From Octopus vulgaris (taxonomy: Eukaryota): a DNA stretch of 64,000 nt. The notes below the pieces were generated by a model. It searched no databases, was not told the DNA's origin, and saw only the letters and a program-made list of their open reading frames with translations. The stretch is taken from the NCBI GenBank assembly GCA_951406725.2, contig OX597826.1:54250001-54314000 (forward strand), given 5' to 3'. This document shows, one piece after another, positions 39,733 to 54,841 of the stretch; the stretch's first letter is position 1; the number at the start of each line of letters is the position of its first letter. Made by a program: the position numbers and the translations under genes.

Positions 39733-40459
39733 ATTTGTTTTGTTGTCTGCCTAACTATGTATGTTTGTATGTATGTATGTATGTATGCATGTATGTATGT
39801 ATGTATGTATGTATATATGTATGTATGTATGCATGCATACATGTATCTATTAATCTATCTATATATCTATCTAATTAACATAGACTAATATATATTCACA
39901 CAAAGACCACAGGCCTATGTACGTCCTACCTATACACGAACAACCATTAATACACACACACACACACACATATATATATACAAATATACACAAAACCATC
40001 AGCTGTTTCTTGCAGTGCCCATAAATTAATACTAAAATAACTCCAGCTTATATGTTATTTCACAACCATCAGTAAAAAAAACCCAAATAAAAACAAAAAA
40101 AAACCCCAAAAAACAAAACACACGCACACACCCACAAACCCAGGACATATTCATTCTATCATATAGTTTCATGCTCAACTAAGTTTTGATGAGTTATATT
40201 TTTTTATTATCATCGTTCATAAATAGGATTTTATCTCGCCCCAACTCCCGTTCATTTTTCCCTCGGCAAACTTCTTATTACTACTAAAACAGAACGTCCT
40301 CCCATATACACCAATAAAACCGTATAAAAATATTGAAGAAAAGAAAAAGGAAAAAAAAAAAACTAGTAGAAATATGAAAGTTTATTATCTATATTTATAT
40401 ATATATGTGTGTGTGTATGTATATATATATACATTTATATTTATATATATATATGCATT

Positions 40460-40494
<35 letters not shown>

Positions 40495-40496
40495 GC

Positions 40497-40540
<44 letters not shown>

Positions 40541-40682
40541 ATATGTATATATGTATATGTGCACTCACTTCTCTCTCTCCCTCTCACACACACATACAAA
40601 AATATATGCATATATATGATATATTTATATGTATGTGTGCATATATATATAAATATGTATATATATATATATATGTATATAT

Positions 40683-40723
<41 letters not shown>

Positions 40724-40755
40724 CATATATATATACATATATACATACATATATG

Positions 40756-40789
<34 letters not shown>

Positions 40790-40823
40790 AACGAACAAAA
40801 TTAAATTAGAAATATCAACGGTA

Positions 40824-40893
<70 letters not shown>

Positions 40894-40897
40894 CGAC

Positions 40898-40935
<38 letters not shown>

Positions 40936-40993
40936 CGATGATGATGATGATGATGATGATGGTAGTGATGATGATGATGATGATGATGATGAC

Positions 40994-41040
<47 letters not shown>

Positions 41041-41125
41041 CGATGATGATGATGATGATGATGATGATGACGACGATGATGATTATGATGATGAGGATTA
41101 TGATGTTGATTATGATGAGGATTAT
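40824..41125. repeat. (ATG)n microsatellite
   Basis: About 100 triplets with ACG interruptions; source of the poly-M/H/I ORFs. Confidence 0.97.
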
Positions 41126-41489
41126 GATAGCAATAATAATGAAGAGAATAATATAATTCAACAAATGAAGTATAATGAAAAATAACACTGAAAAGAAAAA
41201 ACCCAGCAAAGAATATGAAATATGTCAACAAACAAAAATAACTAAACAAAAATGTGTGTGTGTCTGTGTGTAACGTGTGTATGTGCGTGTTTGTGTGTGT
41301 TGGGGTGGTGGTGGTGCTGGTGAAGGTCAAACACCCCAAATCATATATACATATACGTACGTATGCATACATACACACACATGTTCGTGTGTTTCTACGT
41401 ATATATGTGTATAAGTATTTATGTAGGTATGTATGTACACACACAGACATACATATATATATACAGACACCTATATATGTGAGTGTGTA

Positions 41490-41537
<48 letters not shown>

Positions 41538-41905
41538 TGTATGTATCTCTCTCTCTATTTCCAATTTATGTATCTCTCAAGCTCTCTCTTTCTCTCTCAA
41601 TCTCTTTCTCTCTGTCTGTCCCTCTCTCTCTGCCTGCCCCTCTCTCTCCCTGACTGTCCCTCTTCCTGTCTGTCCCTCTCTCTGTCCCTCTTTCTCTCTT
41701 TCCCTCTTTTTCTCTGTTCCCGTCTCTCTCTGCTCCCCTCTTTCTATGTGTGTGTGTGTGTATATATATATATAAATATATATATAGATATATAAGCGAA
41801 TCGAATATCATGAAATCACCTAAAAATATTTGTCCACCTCTCAAAGAATACAGCAATAACAAATTAATCCCTAACTTATAACATAAATAAGCAAAACATA
41901 ATAAC

Positions 41906-41982
<77 letters not shown>

Positions 41983-42008
41983 TAAACGATAATAATAATA
42001 ATTTGTGA

Positions 42009-42063
<55 letters not shown>

Positions 42064-42513
42064 CGTGTGTGTATGTATGTATCTCCGCTGTGTGTACGTG
42101 TCCATTTGTATTTGTGTGTGTGTGTGTGGGTGTCTGCGTGTGTGTATGTGTGTGAGTGAGTGTATGTGTATGTCGCCTCCTGTCTACCTGTTTTCTCAGT
42201 GACTTAGCAATTTGAAGCAGGACAGTTTAAAAAAAAAAAATTTACTACGTAATGTAATACACCAGGTATACAATCAACACAGAATTTATGTTGTGGTAAG
42301 TTGGTGCTAGAATTGACCAAATAATAAATAAATAAATAAATAAATAAATAGATAAATAAATAAATAATTGTCACGTGGCGCCACTGAACTGAACTCTCTT
42401 TAGCAAGAATCAATGACTTGTAAAAAAAAAATGATCTAATCGATGGTTGGAAATGGATGTACGTAATGGCGTATGTGCATGCGTTTATATATACAAATAT
42501 AAAATATATGTAT

Positions 42514-42569
<56 letters not shown>

Positions 42570-42691
42570 GTATATGTATGTATGTGTGCGTTTCTCTCTG
42601 TGTGTGTGTGTGTGTGTGATTCTCTGTATCGGCGTAATCGTTGGTTGAAATCTATATCCATCTCCTTGTGTATTCCTCTTTGTTGATCTCC

Positions 42692-42775
<84 letters not shown>

Positions 42776-44161
42776 GCCTGCCTGCCTGCTGTCTGTCTGT
42801 TCATGTATGTATGTATGTATGTATGTATGTATATATGTATGTATGTATATATATATACATACATACATACATACATAAATACATACATACATACATACAT
42901 ACATACATACATACATACATAGATACATATAAGAATAGTTTGATGAGTGCATATATACATATATATGTGTAAATGTTGATTCTATTTCATATCAAATGCA
43001 GGTTTGAGCTTAACTATGAAAAAACGAGCGCAAGTTTTGCCAAACGCGTTAATAATCTCAGAGGTATTTTAGTTCATTGCAACCTATAAATATATATCAT
43101 ATGTTAATAATACGCAAATTTGCGAAGATTAAGTAGAATTTAAATTAACTAACGATATAGATATAATTATCCATAATGTCATACAATTGAGATAAAAATA
43201 TAGAAACGCGTCTGCAGATGATGCAAAGAGCCAATATAATTTGAAATAATTGAATTTAGTTACCGTTAAAAATTTCTTCGTTTTTAAGTACCTATCTGTC
43301 TTAACAAGAGAAAGGACCCATTGGATAATGTTGTTTTATGGTATTTTTGGAAGGAATTTATTTAGTTTAGTGTTTTACCATTTCAAACGCCACAATAACA
43401 AGAACCACATCGAAAATCATACCCATAACGACAACCACAGCAGCAGCAGCAGCAATATCAAAAACCTAAGTTAGAATGACAATATGAACGAAACGAAAAC
43501 GATAGCAGTGATGAATAGAAGGATACCAACAACGACAGCAATATCAGAAAACAATACCAACGATTATAACAGTGTAGACAACAGAAACAACAGCAACAAC
43601 AGCAACGACAATTGTGACGACAACAACAACAACAACAGCCACAGCAACAACAATAATAATGATGATGATTATGATGATGTTGATGATTATTGTGATGATA
43701 ATAATAATAATTACAACCATGACACCAATAAAAGTGACAAAAGTAATAACCATATAAAAGAATATATATACTACCGACTGGAAATGGAAATTTTTCTGTT
43801 GACTATATAATTGCAATGAAAAGAAAAGCAAAAAGAAAGAAAATGGAAGAGAAAAGAAAGCAAGAAAGAAAGAAAGAAAGAAAGAAAGAAGAATACTAAC
43901 GATGAAAATACAAAAGAAACGAAACAAAGAAAACAACTAAACAACACAAAATGAGAAATCGATAAATGAAATGATAAGGTAGACATAACAAAGGGACAAA
44001 ACGTTGATATGATAGGCATAACAAAGGGATAAAACGATGAAATGATAGACATAACTGAGTGATAAAATGATGGAAAAGTAGACTTGGTAAAAGGGTAGAA
44101 CATCTACGAAGTTTACAGAAGACGTGGGTTTGTGTCTCGTGAGCTGCCTTTAGCATTTTTA

Positions 44162-44324
44162 AGGCGCAGACGTGGTTGTTTGACAGGAGGTTTGCTTTCC
44201 AATCACACGATTTCGGGTTCAGTCCCACTGACAGGCACCTTGGGTAAGTGTCTTTTATTGTACCCCGGGCAAACTAAAGCTTTGTGAGTGAATTTGGTGG
44301 ATGGAAACAGAGAGAAGCCCGTCA
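44162..44324 (+). mobile_element. SINE family A, 5' half
   Basis: AGGCGCAGACGTGGTTG...GGTTCAGTCCC...CTTGGGTAAGTGTC. A matching 3' half follows at about 44728-44895. Confidence 0.75.
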
Positions 44325-44325
44325 T

Positions 44326-44695
44326 AGAGGGGCAAAGGTATGCACTATCATAGAGGTCAGCTGCCCTGCAGATATAAATATCTCTTTGAAAGAAAAAAAA
44401 AGGATATCTATGGACAACTGCTTCGAAACCTCCAATAATAATTGGAGAAGTAGGTTTTGTTAGTAAATGCTTAAAGGAGAATTTGGATAAACTGGGATTT
44501 TCAGAAAGACAAATTGACCGGCTGATTCGTACATTACAAGTCCAATCTGTGAGTGGAACAGTAAAAATATGCAAGACTTTTCTCAAGTTCTAAATGTGAA
44601 TTTGTCTGAGTTAACTACATCCCAAAGATGAAGTCGTGTATCTTTATTGGAAACCGATTCCCTCCTCAGTGGAAGATTTATAATAAGTAAAAAAT
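44326..44695 (+). mobile_element. 3' fragment of an RLE-type non-LTR retrotransposon, apparently nested in a SINE
   Basis: KVCTIIEVSCPADINI...PIIIGEVGFVSKCLKENLDKLG...SGTVKICKTFLKF*, then a short UTR. Confidence 0.75.
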
Positions 44696-45587
44696 AGAAG
44701 AGACATACATACATATATGTGTGCGTGTGTGTTTGTGCCCTACCATCGCGTGACAACCGGTGTTGGTTTATTTATGTCCGTGTACACCAATGACATAATA
44801 AGTACCAGGATTAAAACAAAAATAATTACTGGAGTCGATTTGTCCGACTAAACATACTAAGGCGGTACTCCAGCATGACTGTAACAAGTAAAAGCCAAAC
44901 GACAAAACGAAATAACAAAAGGACGGAACAATGAAATGAAACTAAATTAATCAGGAATTAAAAGGAAAAACACAATGGAAAAGCATTATTGTATGTTTTA
45001 TGTTTGTGCCTTTGTTTATTTAATCTCTCTCTCTCTCTCTTCAACTTTCTCTCTTCTATGCTATCTTCCTCTCTCGCGCTCTCTCCCTCTCTCTCTTCCT
45101 TTCTCTCTTCCTCTTTCACTGTCTATCTCCTCTATCTAATTCCCAGTCGTTCGATTTTTCCCAATTAGGAATGCTATATTACTTCATCCCCAATCACTGT
45201 CACTCGTGTCGCTCGCAGACACATATACACACATATAGACAAAGATATACACTCTCATAACCGTGTGCACATGAGTGTGTATTTAAGTAAGTATATATCT
45301 GTACGTATATAAACATACAGGTGTGTGTGTGTGTGTGTGTGTGAGTGTGTGAGTATGCGGCGCGAGTGACAGTGATTAGGGATGAAGTAATTATTGTGTT
45401 GTTGACTCAGAAACTTAAAGTCCTGTACGTGAGTCTCCATAAATACATACATACATACATACATACATACATACATACATACATACATACATACATACAT
45501 ACATGCATGCATACATACATACATACATACATACATACATACATACATACATACATACATACATACACACACATACAGACACACATA

Positions 45588-45782
45588 TTCTTTTATTCTT
45601 TTGCTTGTTTTAGTCATTTGACTGCGGCCATGCTGGAGCACCGCCTTTAGTCGAGCAAATCGACGCCAGGACTTATTCGTTGTAAGCCTAGTGCTTATTC
45701 TATCGGCCTCTTTTGCCGAACACACCAGCATCGGTTGTCAAGCGATGTTGGGTGGGTGGAAGGGACAAACACAGACACACAA

Positions 45783-45822
<40 letters not shown>

Positions 45823-45978
45823 CGGGCTTCTTTCAGTTTCCGTCTACCAAATCCACTCTTTTGGTCGGCTCGAGGCTATAGTAGAAGACACATGCCCAAG
45901 ATGTCATGCAGTGGGACTGAACCCGCAACCATGTAAATGGTAAGCAAGCAACTTACCACACAGCTACTCCTGCGCCTA
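45588..45978 (-). mobile_element. SINE family A
   Basis: Near full-length homologue of 31322-31740. Confidence 0.88.
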
Positions 45979-46344
45979 TATATATAAAACTTACTTAGAA
46001 AGTATATATGGGTATAGGACATAAAAAAAAAAACGTTGAACACAATGAGAAACGAAAACATAAAAACAAGAACATGGAAACGACCTTTTTTTCAAGCAAC
46101 GAAAAAACAGAGTACAAAACATACAATACAAGGAATATTCCCCTTCTTCCGTTGTCCATGTTTCAAAAACACAAGAGTATTATTATAGTAGATTATCTCG
46201 GTAACCATGGGAGCTATAAAAAATACAAAGCCCAGCATCACCACCAGATCATTCTACACATCTATGTAATTTTTCGTGCAAGTTCACCCAGCCGTTTGAC
46301 CGTGAATTCCAAGATAAGAAAAATCGCCCATGTCAAATTTATAT

Positions 46345-46737
46345 ACTCCCTCTTTTACTCTTTTACTTGTTTCAGTCATTTGACTGCGGCCATGCTAGAG
46401 CACCGCCTTTAATCGAGGAAATCGATCCTAGGACTTATTCTTTTGTAAGCCTAGTACTTATTCTATCGGACTCTTTTGCCGAACCGCTAAGTTATGAGGA
46501 CGTAAACACACCGGTGTTGGTTGTCAAACACAGACATACAAATATACATACATATATATATATGTATATGCATACGACAGGCCTCTTTCAGTTTCCGTCT
46601 ACCAAATCCACTCATAAAGCTTTGGTCGGCCCGAGGCTATAGTAGAAGACACTTGCCCTAGGTGCCATGCAGTGGGACTGACCCCGGAACCATGTGGTTG
46701 GTAAGCAAGCTACTTACCACACAGCCACTCCTGCACC
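46345..46737 (-). mobile_element. SINE family A
   Basis: Near full-length homologue of 31322-31740. Confidence 0.9.
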
Positions 46738-46785
<48 letters not shown>

Positions 46786-47071
46786 CAACAATTGAGGGTA
46801 AAATTAATTAATTATTAATCAATTTCACCAAGTGTTCAGTATGCAAAGGGACCATTTAAGGCGAATTCAAATTATTACATTATATAAAAGGGGTTAGTAA
46901 AATAAATTACTTTGCCACATACTGAACTCATTAGAAATAGCAGCCAAAAAAAACTTTTTTAAAACTATTTCTAATACTTAAAGAAAATCTCTCTCATATA
47001 TAGTGTTTGCTCAATTCAACTCACGAAAGTATGGGGGTAAAGACATTAAAAAATCAAATGCAAAGGTTATT

Positions 47072-47123
47072 TGAGAACGTACGTTTCTAGATTAGTCAAA
47101 ACGACACTTCTTTCGTCAGCTCA
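47072..47123 (-). ncRNA. Minimal type I hammerhead motif inside a (TA)n-bounded element (46781-47300)
   Basis: Minus strand TGAG-CTGACGA-AAGAAGTGTCGTTTTGACTAATCTA-GAAAC-GTAC-GTT-CTCA. Perfect palindrome AACGTACGTT at stem III; stem II imperfect. Confidence 0.72.
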
Positions 47124-47298
47124 GAACTCCTTGGTTCGGATTTGGAAACACTGAAAGTGGGAGCATACCCTTTCAGCTTCTTATCGCTTCTGAAGATCTG
47201 TTCGAACTATCAGTGTCAGCAAATTCGAAGAATTTCTGCTCTCCCCTTTCCACCAGCGTGGGTTAAAATCAGTAAACACTATGTTTTATCGGTAAAAA

Positions 47299-47351
<53 letters not shown>

Positions 47352-47447
47352 CGGGAAGCTTTATGAAAATAAACAAAAGACGAAGGCAGGTGGAATATAA
47401 ACAAACAATTGTATTAGTATGGCGCTCAGGAATATAAATAAAACAAG

Positions 47448-47485
47448 TCTTTTACGTTTCGAGCCTACGCTCTTCAACAGAAAGA
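47448..47485 (-). ncRNA. Minimal hammerhead-like motif, variant core CUGUUGA, inside a short repeat (~47352-47535)
   Basis: Minus strand TCTTT-CTGTTGA-A-GAGC-GTAG-GCTC-GAAAC-GTA-AAAGA; same family as 30842-30877. Confidence 0.68.
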
Positions 47486-47928
47486 TACACAGAAAAGAAA
47501 CACGGAGAGAAACAAGGAGAGAAAAAAATGCGTGCATGTGTATACATATATATATAATATAGATATATGTACATATATACGCACACGCATACACACATAT
47601 GTACACACATATATACACACACGCACACACACTTATATATAATCTCTCGAATCTAATATACACATATCTACATAGTCACATACATATACAGACATATATA
47701 CAAATATATATACAAGTAGACTCACATTTGCTGTGCTGCTCTTACTCTGACTTCGCCTCTCGTTTATATATACGTATACGTTCACACATACACTGTTTCT
47801 CTGTTTCCCTCCTTTCCCGCCTTCTCTCTATTCACATTTCACTGTGTCCCCATCTCTCCTTTCTCTCCGACTCTCCTTCTGCTGAGTCTCTTCCTGCTCC
47901 TCTCTTTCTTAAACATTTACGTAGACGT

Positions 47929-47985
<57 letters not shown>

Positions 47986-48251
47986 CTCTCTCTCTCTTTC
48001 TCTCTCTCTCAGTCTCACACTTTACGCCATTATTTTCTCTGTTTGCTGCATGTCTGTTTGTATGTATATATGCATGTATGTATATATGCATGTATGTATA
48101 TATGCATGCATGTATGTATATATGCATGTATGTATGAGACGTTCCTTCACTCATACACACTCTCACAAGAATTACATACATTCATAAATACATACTTACA
48201 CATATATAAAAACACACACACACACACACACATATGCATAAATAAGTATGC

Positions 48252-48282
<31 letters not shown>

Positions 48283-48344
48283 CATATACTTATATACCTA
48301 TATATATATATATACATATATATATACATATGCATATATATACT

Positions 48345-48376
<32 letters not shown>

Positions 48377-48910
48377 TATACATATATATACATATACATA
48401 AATATATAAAAAAAAATATATATGCATATATATATATATATGTATATATATACATATATACACACATATATACATATATACATACATACACATATACACG
48501 TATGAATGCACTCGTAGACTTTCACTCACACACAGACACACACACACGCACACACACACGCATATATACGCACATATATATATATACATGCGCAGATATG
48601 AGTATATACACATGTAAGTGCGTGAGCTTGAATGTATATGCGTGATTCAAACTCGTTTCCTTAATTTACATAAACAGCAATTCTGCCTGCAACCAAACAA
48701 ACATAAGACAAGAAAATACAGAAAAAAAAAAACACACCTGTTTGGTATATTTACTGCGTATGTTTGTGTATAAATGTGTAAGCATATATGTGCATGTGTG
48801 TGTTTGTGTGTGTGTGCTTGTGTGTGTTTGTGTGTGCTTGTGTGTGTTTGTGTGTGCTTGTGTGTGTTTGAGTGTATTCATGCACCTATGTATGTATGTA
48901 TGTATGTATG

Positions 48911-48975
<65 letters not shown>

Positions 48976-49157
48976 GTATATATATATGTATGCATGTTTA
49001 TGTGTTGTGTTTGTCATGTGTATGAGTCGATCATCTTAATCTCCTAAGAAGTAAATTGTAAACTTGTTAACTCGTTTCGTTTCGGTACCGTTATATGATC
49101 TATAGCACGCGCACACAAACACACACACATATATGTGTGAGTGTGTATTTGTATGTA

Positions 49158-49212
<55 letters not shown>

Positions 49213-49233
49213 AAATTTATGTAAATATGTATA

Positions 49234-49274
<41 letters not shown>

Positions 49275-49370
49275 ATATGTATACATGTATGTATATATAT
49301 ACATATACACATATATATATGTATGTATACATACATACATACATACATAAATAAATAAATAAATAAATAA

Positions 49371-49411
<41 letters not shown>

Positions 49412-52400
49412 TGTTGTTGGCTTTACATTGGTAACAGAATTTACCAGAGGAAATGGATTTTTATATATAAACATGACAAAAATAAAATTATGAAATTTTG
49501 TAGGAAAACTAACTCGTTTTTACTGTTGTTTTTTGATTTTTTAAAGACAAAAATCGAAACTAATGTGTGATAACTGGTTTGGTGTGAAACGCAGACAATA
49601 GAGAAGTGAATTTATACCAAATGTAACCAAGGGTATGAGATGTTTTGGCAAAGCCATGTTGGCGCCGCCCATTTGGCGTCGCAGATTTGACGCTGCCTTA
49701 TTTGACATCATACGTTCTAATGCTTCCCCTCCTTGCCTGTCTCTCTTCCTCCCGTTCACCTGTTCCTTCTCCTCTTCTATCTCTTCCTCCTTTCCCTCTC
49801 TTCCTCTTCTCCCTCCATCCGCGTCCTCTCTTCCTCCATTCCGTCTTTTCTTCCTCTCCCTTTCTTCTTCCTCTCTCCCCCTTTCTTCTTCCTCTCTCTC
49901 CCTTTCTTCTTCTTCTCTCTCCCTTTCTTCTTCCTCTCTCTCCCTTTCTTTTACCTCTCTCTCCCTTTCTTCTTCCCCCCTCTCCCTTCTTTCCTCCTGC
50001 CCTGCTTCCTCGTACCATCGTCTCTGTTTTCTGCTCTTTATTATCATGTGTATGAGGCCAAGAAAAATTTTCATGTTCGATGTGTTCAACAAACCAATTA
50101 CGTTCTCTCCCCCTCTCCCTCTCTCTGTTACTCTGTGTATATTTCTGAGCACGTGCCTGCGTGTTTATGTGTGCGCATCTGGGTGTGTTAGTTTGCCTCT
50201 AGTACTAAAAAGTACTGTCACCGAAACAAGTTGAATAACCAGTCAGCCCGTGCTCAGCCATCAGTTTGCAAACAGCTGCGCCTATTGCATCATTCTAGTA
50301 ACAGTGGGGTAATCTTTGCAAGTCTCTGGTATCGTGCCGATCAATATGTCTCATCAGATTTTATAATTCGAAGGTTTGTCTTACACTGATAGTATATATA
50401 CTATATACGCAGAGAGAGAGTGAGAGAGAGAGAGAAAGAGAGAGGGAAAGAGAGAGAGCGAGAGAGAAAGAGCGAGAGAGATACACACACACGTACACAT
50501 ATATGTGTGTGTATGTATATATATATATATATATATACACATGTATACAAACATACATACATTAACACATATACTCACATGCACACATGTAAACACCAAC
50601 TGAGGAAATTGAGACTTCGTAGTAGAGGTTGCTAAAAACAGCGGTATATGAATGAAACCTGAAGCTTGTATTTATTCACATAAAGGCAAAAGCAATATAT
50701 CTTCTCACATGTTCTGGATGCCTCTATCAGAGCCAGGATCTGAAGCTTTTCCATTACGAAGAAATAGCACTATCTACTGCGACTCTTGTATACCGTTGCC
50801 TTTGCAGCAATACTCTGTCTTTTGTAGGATGCATTTTCCTCTGTCTTTTAAAAACAAATATATTTTTTGCAAGAGATATAGCGTTGCTGTTGTATCTGGA
50901 ACTAAACGAATGTGTGTGCTGTGTTCATTTAGTTTTAACAGTAATGCTGGTTAACCCAATATATGTCTTTACCACCTGTTCTGTTCACTATTTCTTTTGA
51001 CAGGCACTTTCTAACAAGAGAACTACTAGATGCGTCTTAAAATTACATAAATTTGTGTAGTATTTGTGGATTTTAAATTGTGGTTAGAGATTTGTGTTTC
51101 TCTATTCACCATACAACCTAGCTAGCTTTTACATAATATTTATTGGACATTTTGTGATATCTGTGTGAAATAGGGAATTAAATACTAATCAATGTTACAT
51201 TTATGGATACATTTAATGCATGAGGAGGATTATCCGAGTTTCATTTTTTTCAATTCTACGGTTAGTAAGATTTAGTCATACATAAATGCATACATACATA
51301 TATATACATATATACATACCTGTCTATGCATATGTACATATGTACGTGCATATACATACGTACATGTATATATATATTTTTACATGCATACACATATACA
51401 TATGTATACATGCATATCTACATATTTTGTGTATTTCTGTGTTTACGCACGCGCGCACACACACACACACACACATACACACACACATATTTACGCTTTG
51501 ATATCAACCTTTCACTCCTACAGCTCTCTCTCTCTCTCACACTCTGTCTCTCCACGCACAGATATGTCTGTAAATATCTACACATAAATGCAATCATTAC
51601 ATATATGTATATGTGTTTATATATATATGCATGTATATGCATATACATTTATATATATATACAGATATTTATGCATATTGATAGGTGTGTATGTAAGTTG
51701 TATATATATATATATATATGCTTGTATATCAACATTTTCATATATGCATCCGTAGAACTGTACATGTATGTATTTGTGTATGTATAAACATACAGATATG
51801 CATACATCATGGATATATATATATATGTGTGTGTATGTATATATATATATAAAACCATCCATCCATATATATATATATATTATATTTTCTCGTAAGCTTA
51901 TGTATATGTATGATAACGAGTGAACATAAACACTCACACACACATATATACACACGTGCGCGCGCGCACACACACACACACTCACACAAACTCACTTACA
52001 CACACGCACATGCACGCACACACTTATACATGATCGTGTGCGTGCAGCCATTCTGAAATAAAACCCAGTTAATCCCCCAAGGTAGTCTAACACAGAGCAA
52101 AGCTGTTTCTATTTTAGTCAAATTTATAACTATTTACGGTATGAACAAAATACTAAAGCTACAGCCGTAAACAAATTTAGTAATGCTGTTTTGCTTCATT
52201 TGTTTTCATACATACATACATACACACATGTATACATATATACATACATACGTACATGTATGTATACACAGGCACACGCGTATATATTGAACCAAAACAA
52301 ACAAACAATCGAAAAATATACTTACTAACACGCCTGTGCACTCTTGTATATGTGTATGAGTTTGTTTATTGAATACACATGCAAATATATATATATATAT

Positions 52401-52412
52401 ATATAGATGTAC

Positions 52413-52451
<39 letters not shown>

Positions 52452-52712
52452 TAGATAGATAGATGTACATATGTATATATATGTACATGTGCATGCATGT
52501 GTGTATGTATATATATATTTATATATATGTGTATGTATATGTGTGTGTGTGTGGGAGGTGTGTATATATTGTATGTGAGTGTGTGAATATATGTATATAT
52601 GTAAATTGTATATAAAATTTGTCTAGTGTGTGCTTGTGAATATATATGTATGCATATATATGTACTCATACATTTATGCATATATGTATTGTATATATAT
52701 TTATATATATGC

Positions 52713-52760
<48 letters not shown>

Positions 52761-52896
52761 GTATTTGTGCATATATAAATATATATGTATAAATATATAT
52801 ATAAATATATATATGTATATTATATATTTCTATATGTTTATATATATATATATATATATATATACACGTATACACGCATTTATAGATTTGTTCATA

Positions 52897-52945
<49 letters not shown>

Positions 52946-52962
52946 CTAACTATCTATCTATC

Positions 52963-52998
<36 letters not shown>

Positions 52999-53523
52999 TA
53001 CGCGTATACACACTTACAAACATACACGTATACCCAGATTTACGTGTATGTGAAAAAGTGTACTCAGTATAGGTTTTAGAATTTCTTTATAACATAGAGA
53101 ATATCGATGATTTACTCAACAATCTTTGGTAGTTTCACGCAATGCTCTCTGGGAATGAATACTGTTATTCAAAATGGTGAAATAAAAATATAACTGGTTT
53201 CTATCTATCATTGGCGAGAATAAATTACGTGGTGAGTTGCAGCGGCCTCTGTTGGCATTGGGAGAATTCAAGGATAGCTGATTGATACTTATCGTTTTTA
53301 GTGTATTTTTCCAACGTTCAAGCAAAGATCATTCGTACTGGAACACTTTTTCTAATCTAAGCTTTCTTTATAACATATTTAAGAATATATATTGGCTTGT
53401 CTGCAATCGAAAATATTCTAGCAACATATTTTGTCTTGTCTCTGGAAGACACAGAAAATTATTCTTTCTTTGAGATGTGCTTAGTATCAAGTTTTTCTGC
53501 AATACATCAAACGCATGTATTCT

Positions 53524-53650
53524 TACATTAATTACATTCGACGGATATTTGTCCTCATCTTGGATGAGGACAAATATCCCGTGAATGAGGACAAATATCC
53601 GTCGAATGTAAATAACGTACATAATTCCTCATCTCTTAAATATAGAACTG
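53524..53650. repeat. Palindromic remnant of the 15703-16127 element family
   Basis: TACATTCGACGGATATTTGTCCTCATC-TTG-GATGAGGACAAATATCC..., ending CATAATTCCTCATCTCTTAAATATAGAACTG as at 16098-16127. Confidence 0.85.
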
Positions 53651-54090
53651 CATAATCCAAGCTAGAAGGACATTTTCATATCCACTGTTTTTCATTTTCC
53701 TGATATATTATGACAAGGTGGTACTAATTATAATTCTGAATTTGAAAGATTATAGGGCAAAACTATAAAAGACGAACTGTGATTGCATATTTGCTGAACG
53801 TTGTCTATTCACTGCGGACTTAGTATTTAAGTGTGCCACCTTGTGGCTCAATCTTCACTCCGGGATAAACGTTTTCTCGCTGTTTGCAATGTATCTGCTT
53901 CAATGAATAATAACTAATAACGGTTTGTTGTCAACCTTATTGTTTATGTAGCTTAACAGAAGCCATAGGCGTATGTGTGTTGGGTGGATCCATCCTTAAA
54001 TATACTCTCTTTCTCGATGGGTATTTTTTTTTTGCCCAAAACGTAAAGAGATATAACAAAATATTGCAAAACACTTTGTTCGTCACTCTC

Positions 54091-54427
54091 ATGATGATTA
54101 TGATGATGATGATGATGGAGGTGAATATGGTGTTAGTAGCCATGAGGATGATGGTGATAATTATGATGACGATGACGATGGTAATGATGATTATGACTAC
54201 GGCGACGACCATGATGATGATGATGATCGTCGTGGTGCGGGTGATGATAAAGCTTGTGGTGGTTATGGTGAAGACGATGATGTTGATGATGATGGTGATG
54301 ATGATGATGATGATGATGATGATAGTGGAGAATATGATGACGATGACAATGAGCAAGATGATAATAAAGACGTCAACATTATGACAATGATGGTAACGAT
54401 GATGATGGTGATGATGATGATGATGAC

Positions 54428-54476
<49 letters not shown>

Positions 54477-54500
54477 TAGGATGATGATGGTGATGATGAA
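54091..54500. repeat. Degenerate (ATG)n microsatellite
   Basis: Direct inspection. Confidence 0.9.
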
Positions 54501-54753
54501 GGAACTCAATAATTTCATCAACTTCCTGTTGGAATGCCAGAAATGATTTCTAAAAATCCATTATTTCTCTTTAATGTTATTTACAGTGGTCAGAAAAAAA
54601 GCAAAACAAACAAAAACAAACAGAAATACCAATTCCTGTTTCTCATATATATATATACACACACACATATATATATACACATATATACATATATATACAC
54701 ACATATATATATACATATATATACATACATATACTTATATATATGTTTAAATG

Positions 54754-54841
<88 letters not shown>

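Noticed and set aside
49541-50234. Glu/Arg-rich 203-aa and Ser-rich 199-aa ORFs
   Set aside because: They come from a low-complexity CT tract with ~21-bp slippage units; no domain.
53100-53480. Possible host exon (GTGAGT donor-like site near 53232)
   Set aside because: No recognisable protein and no supportable exon boundaries without RNA data.
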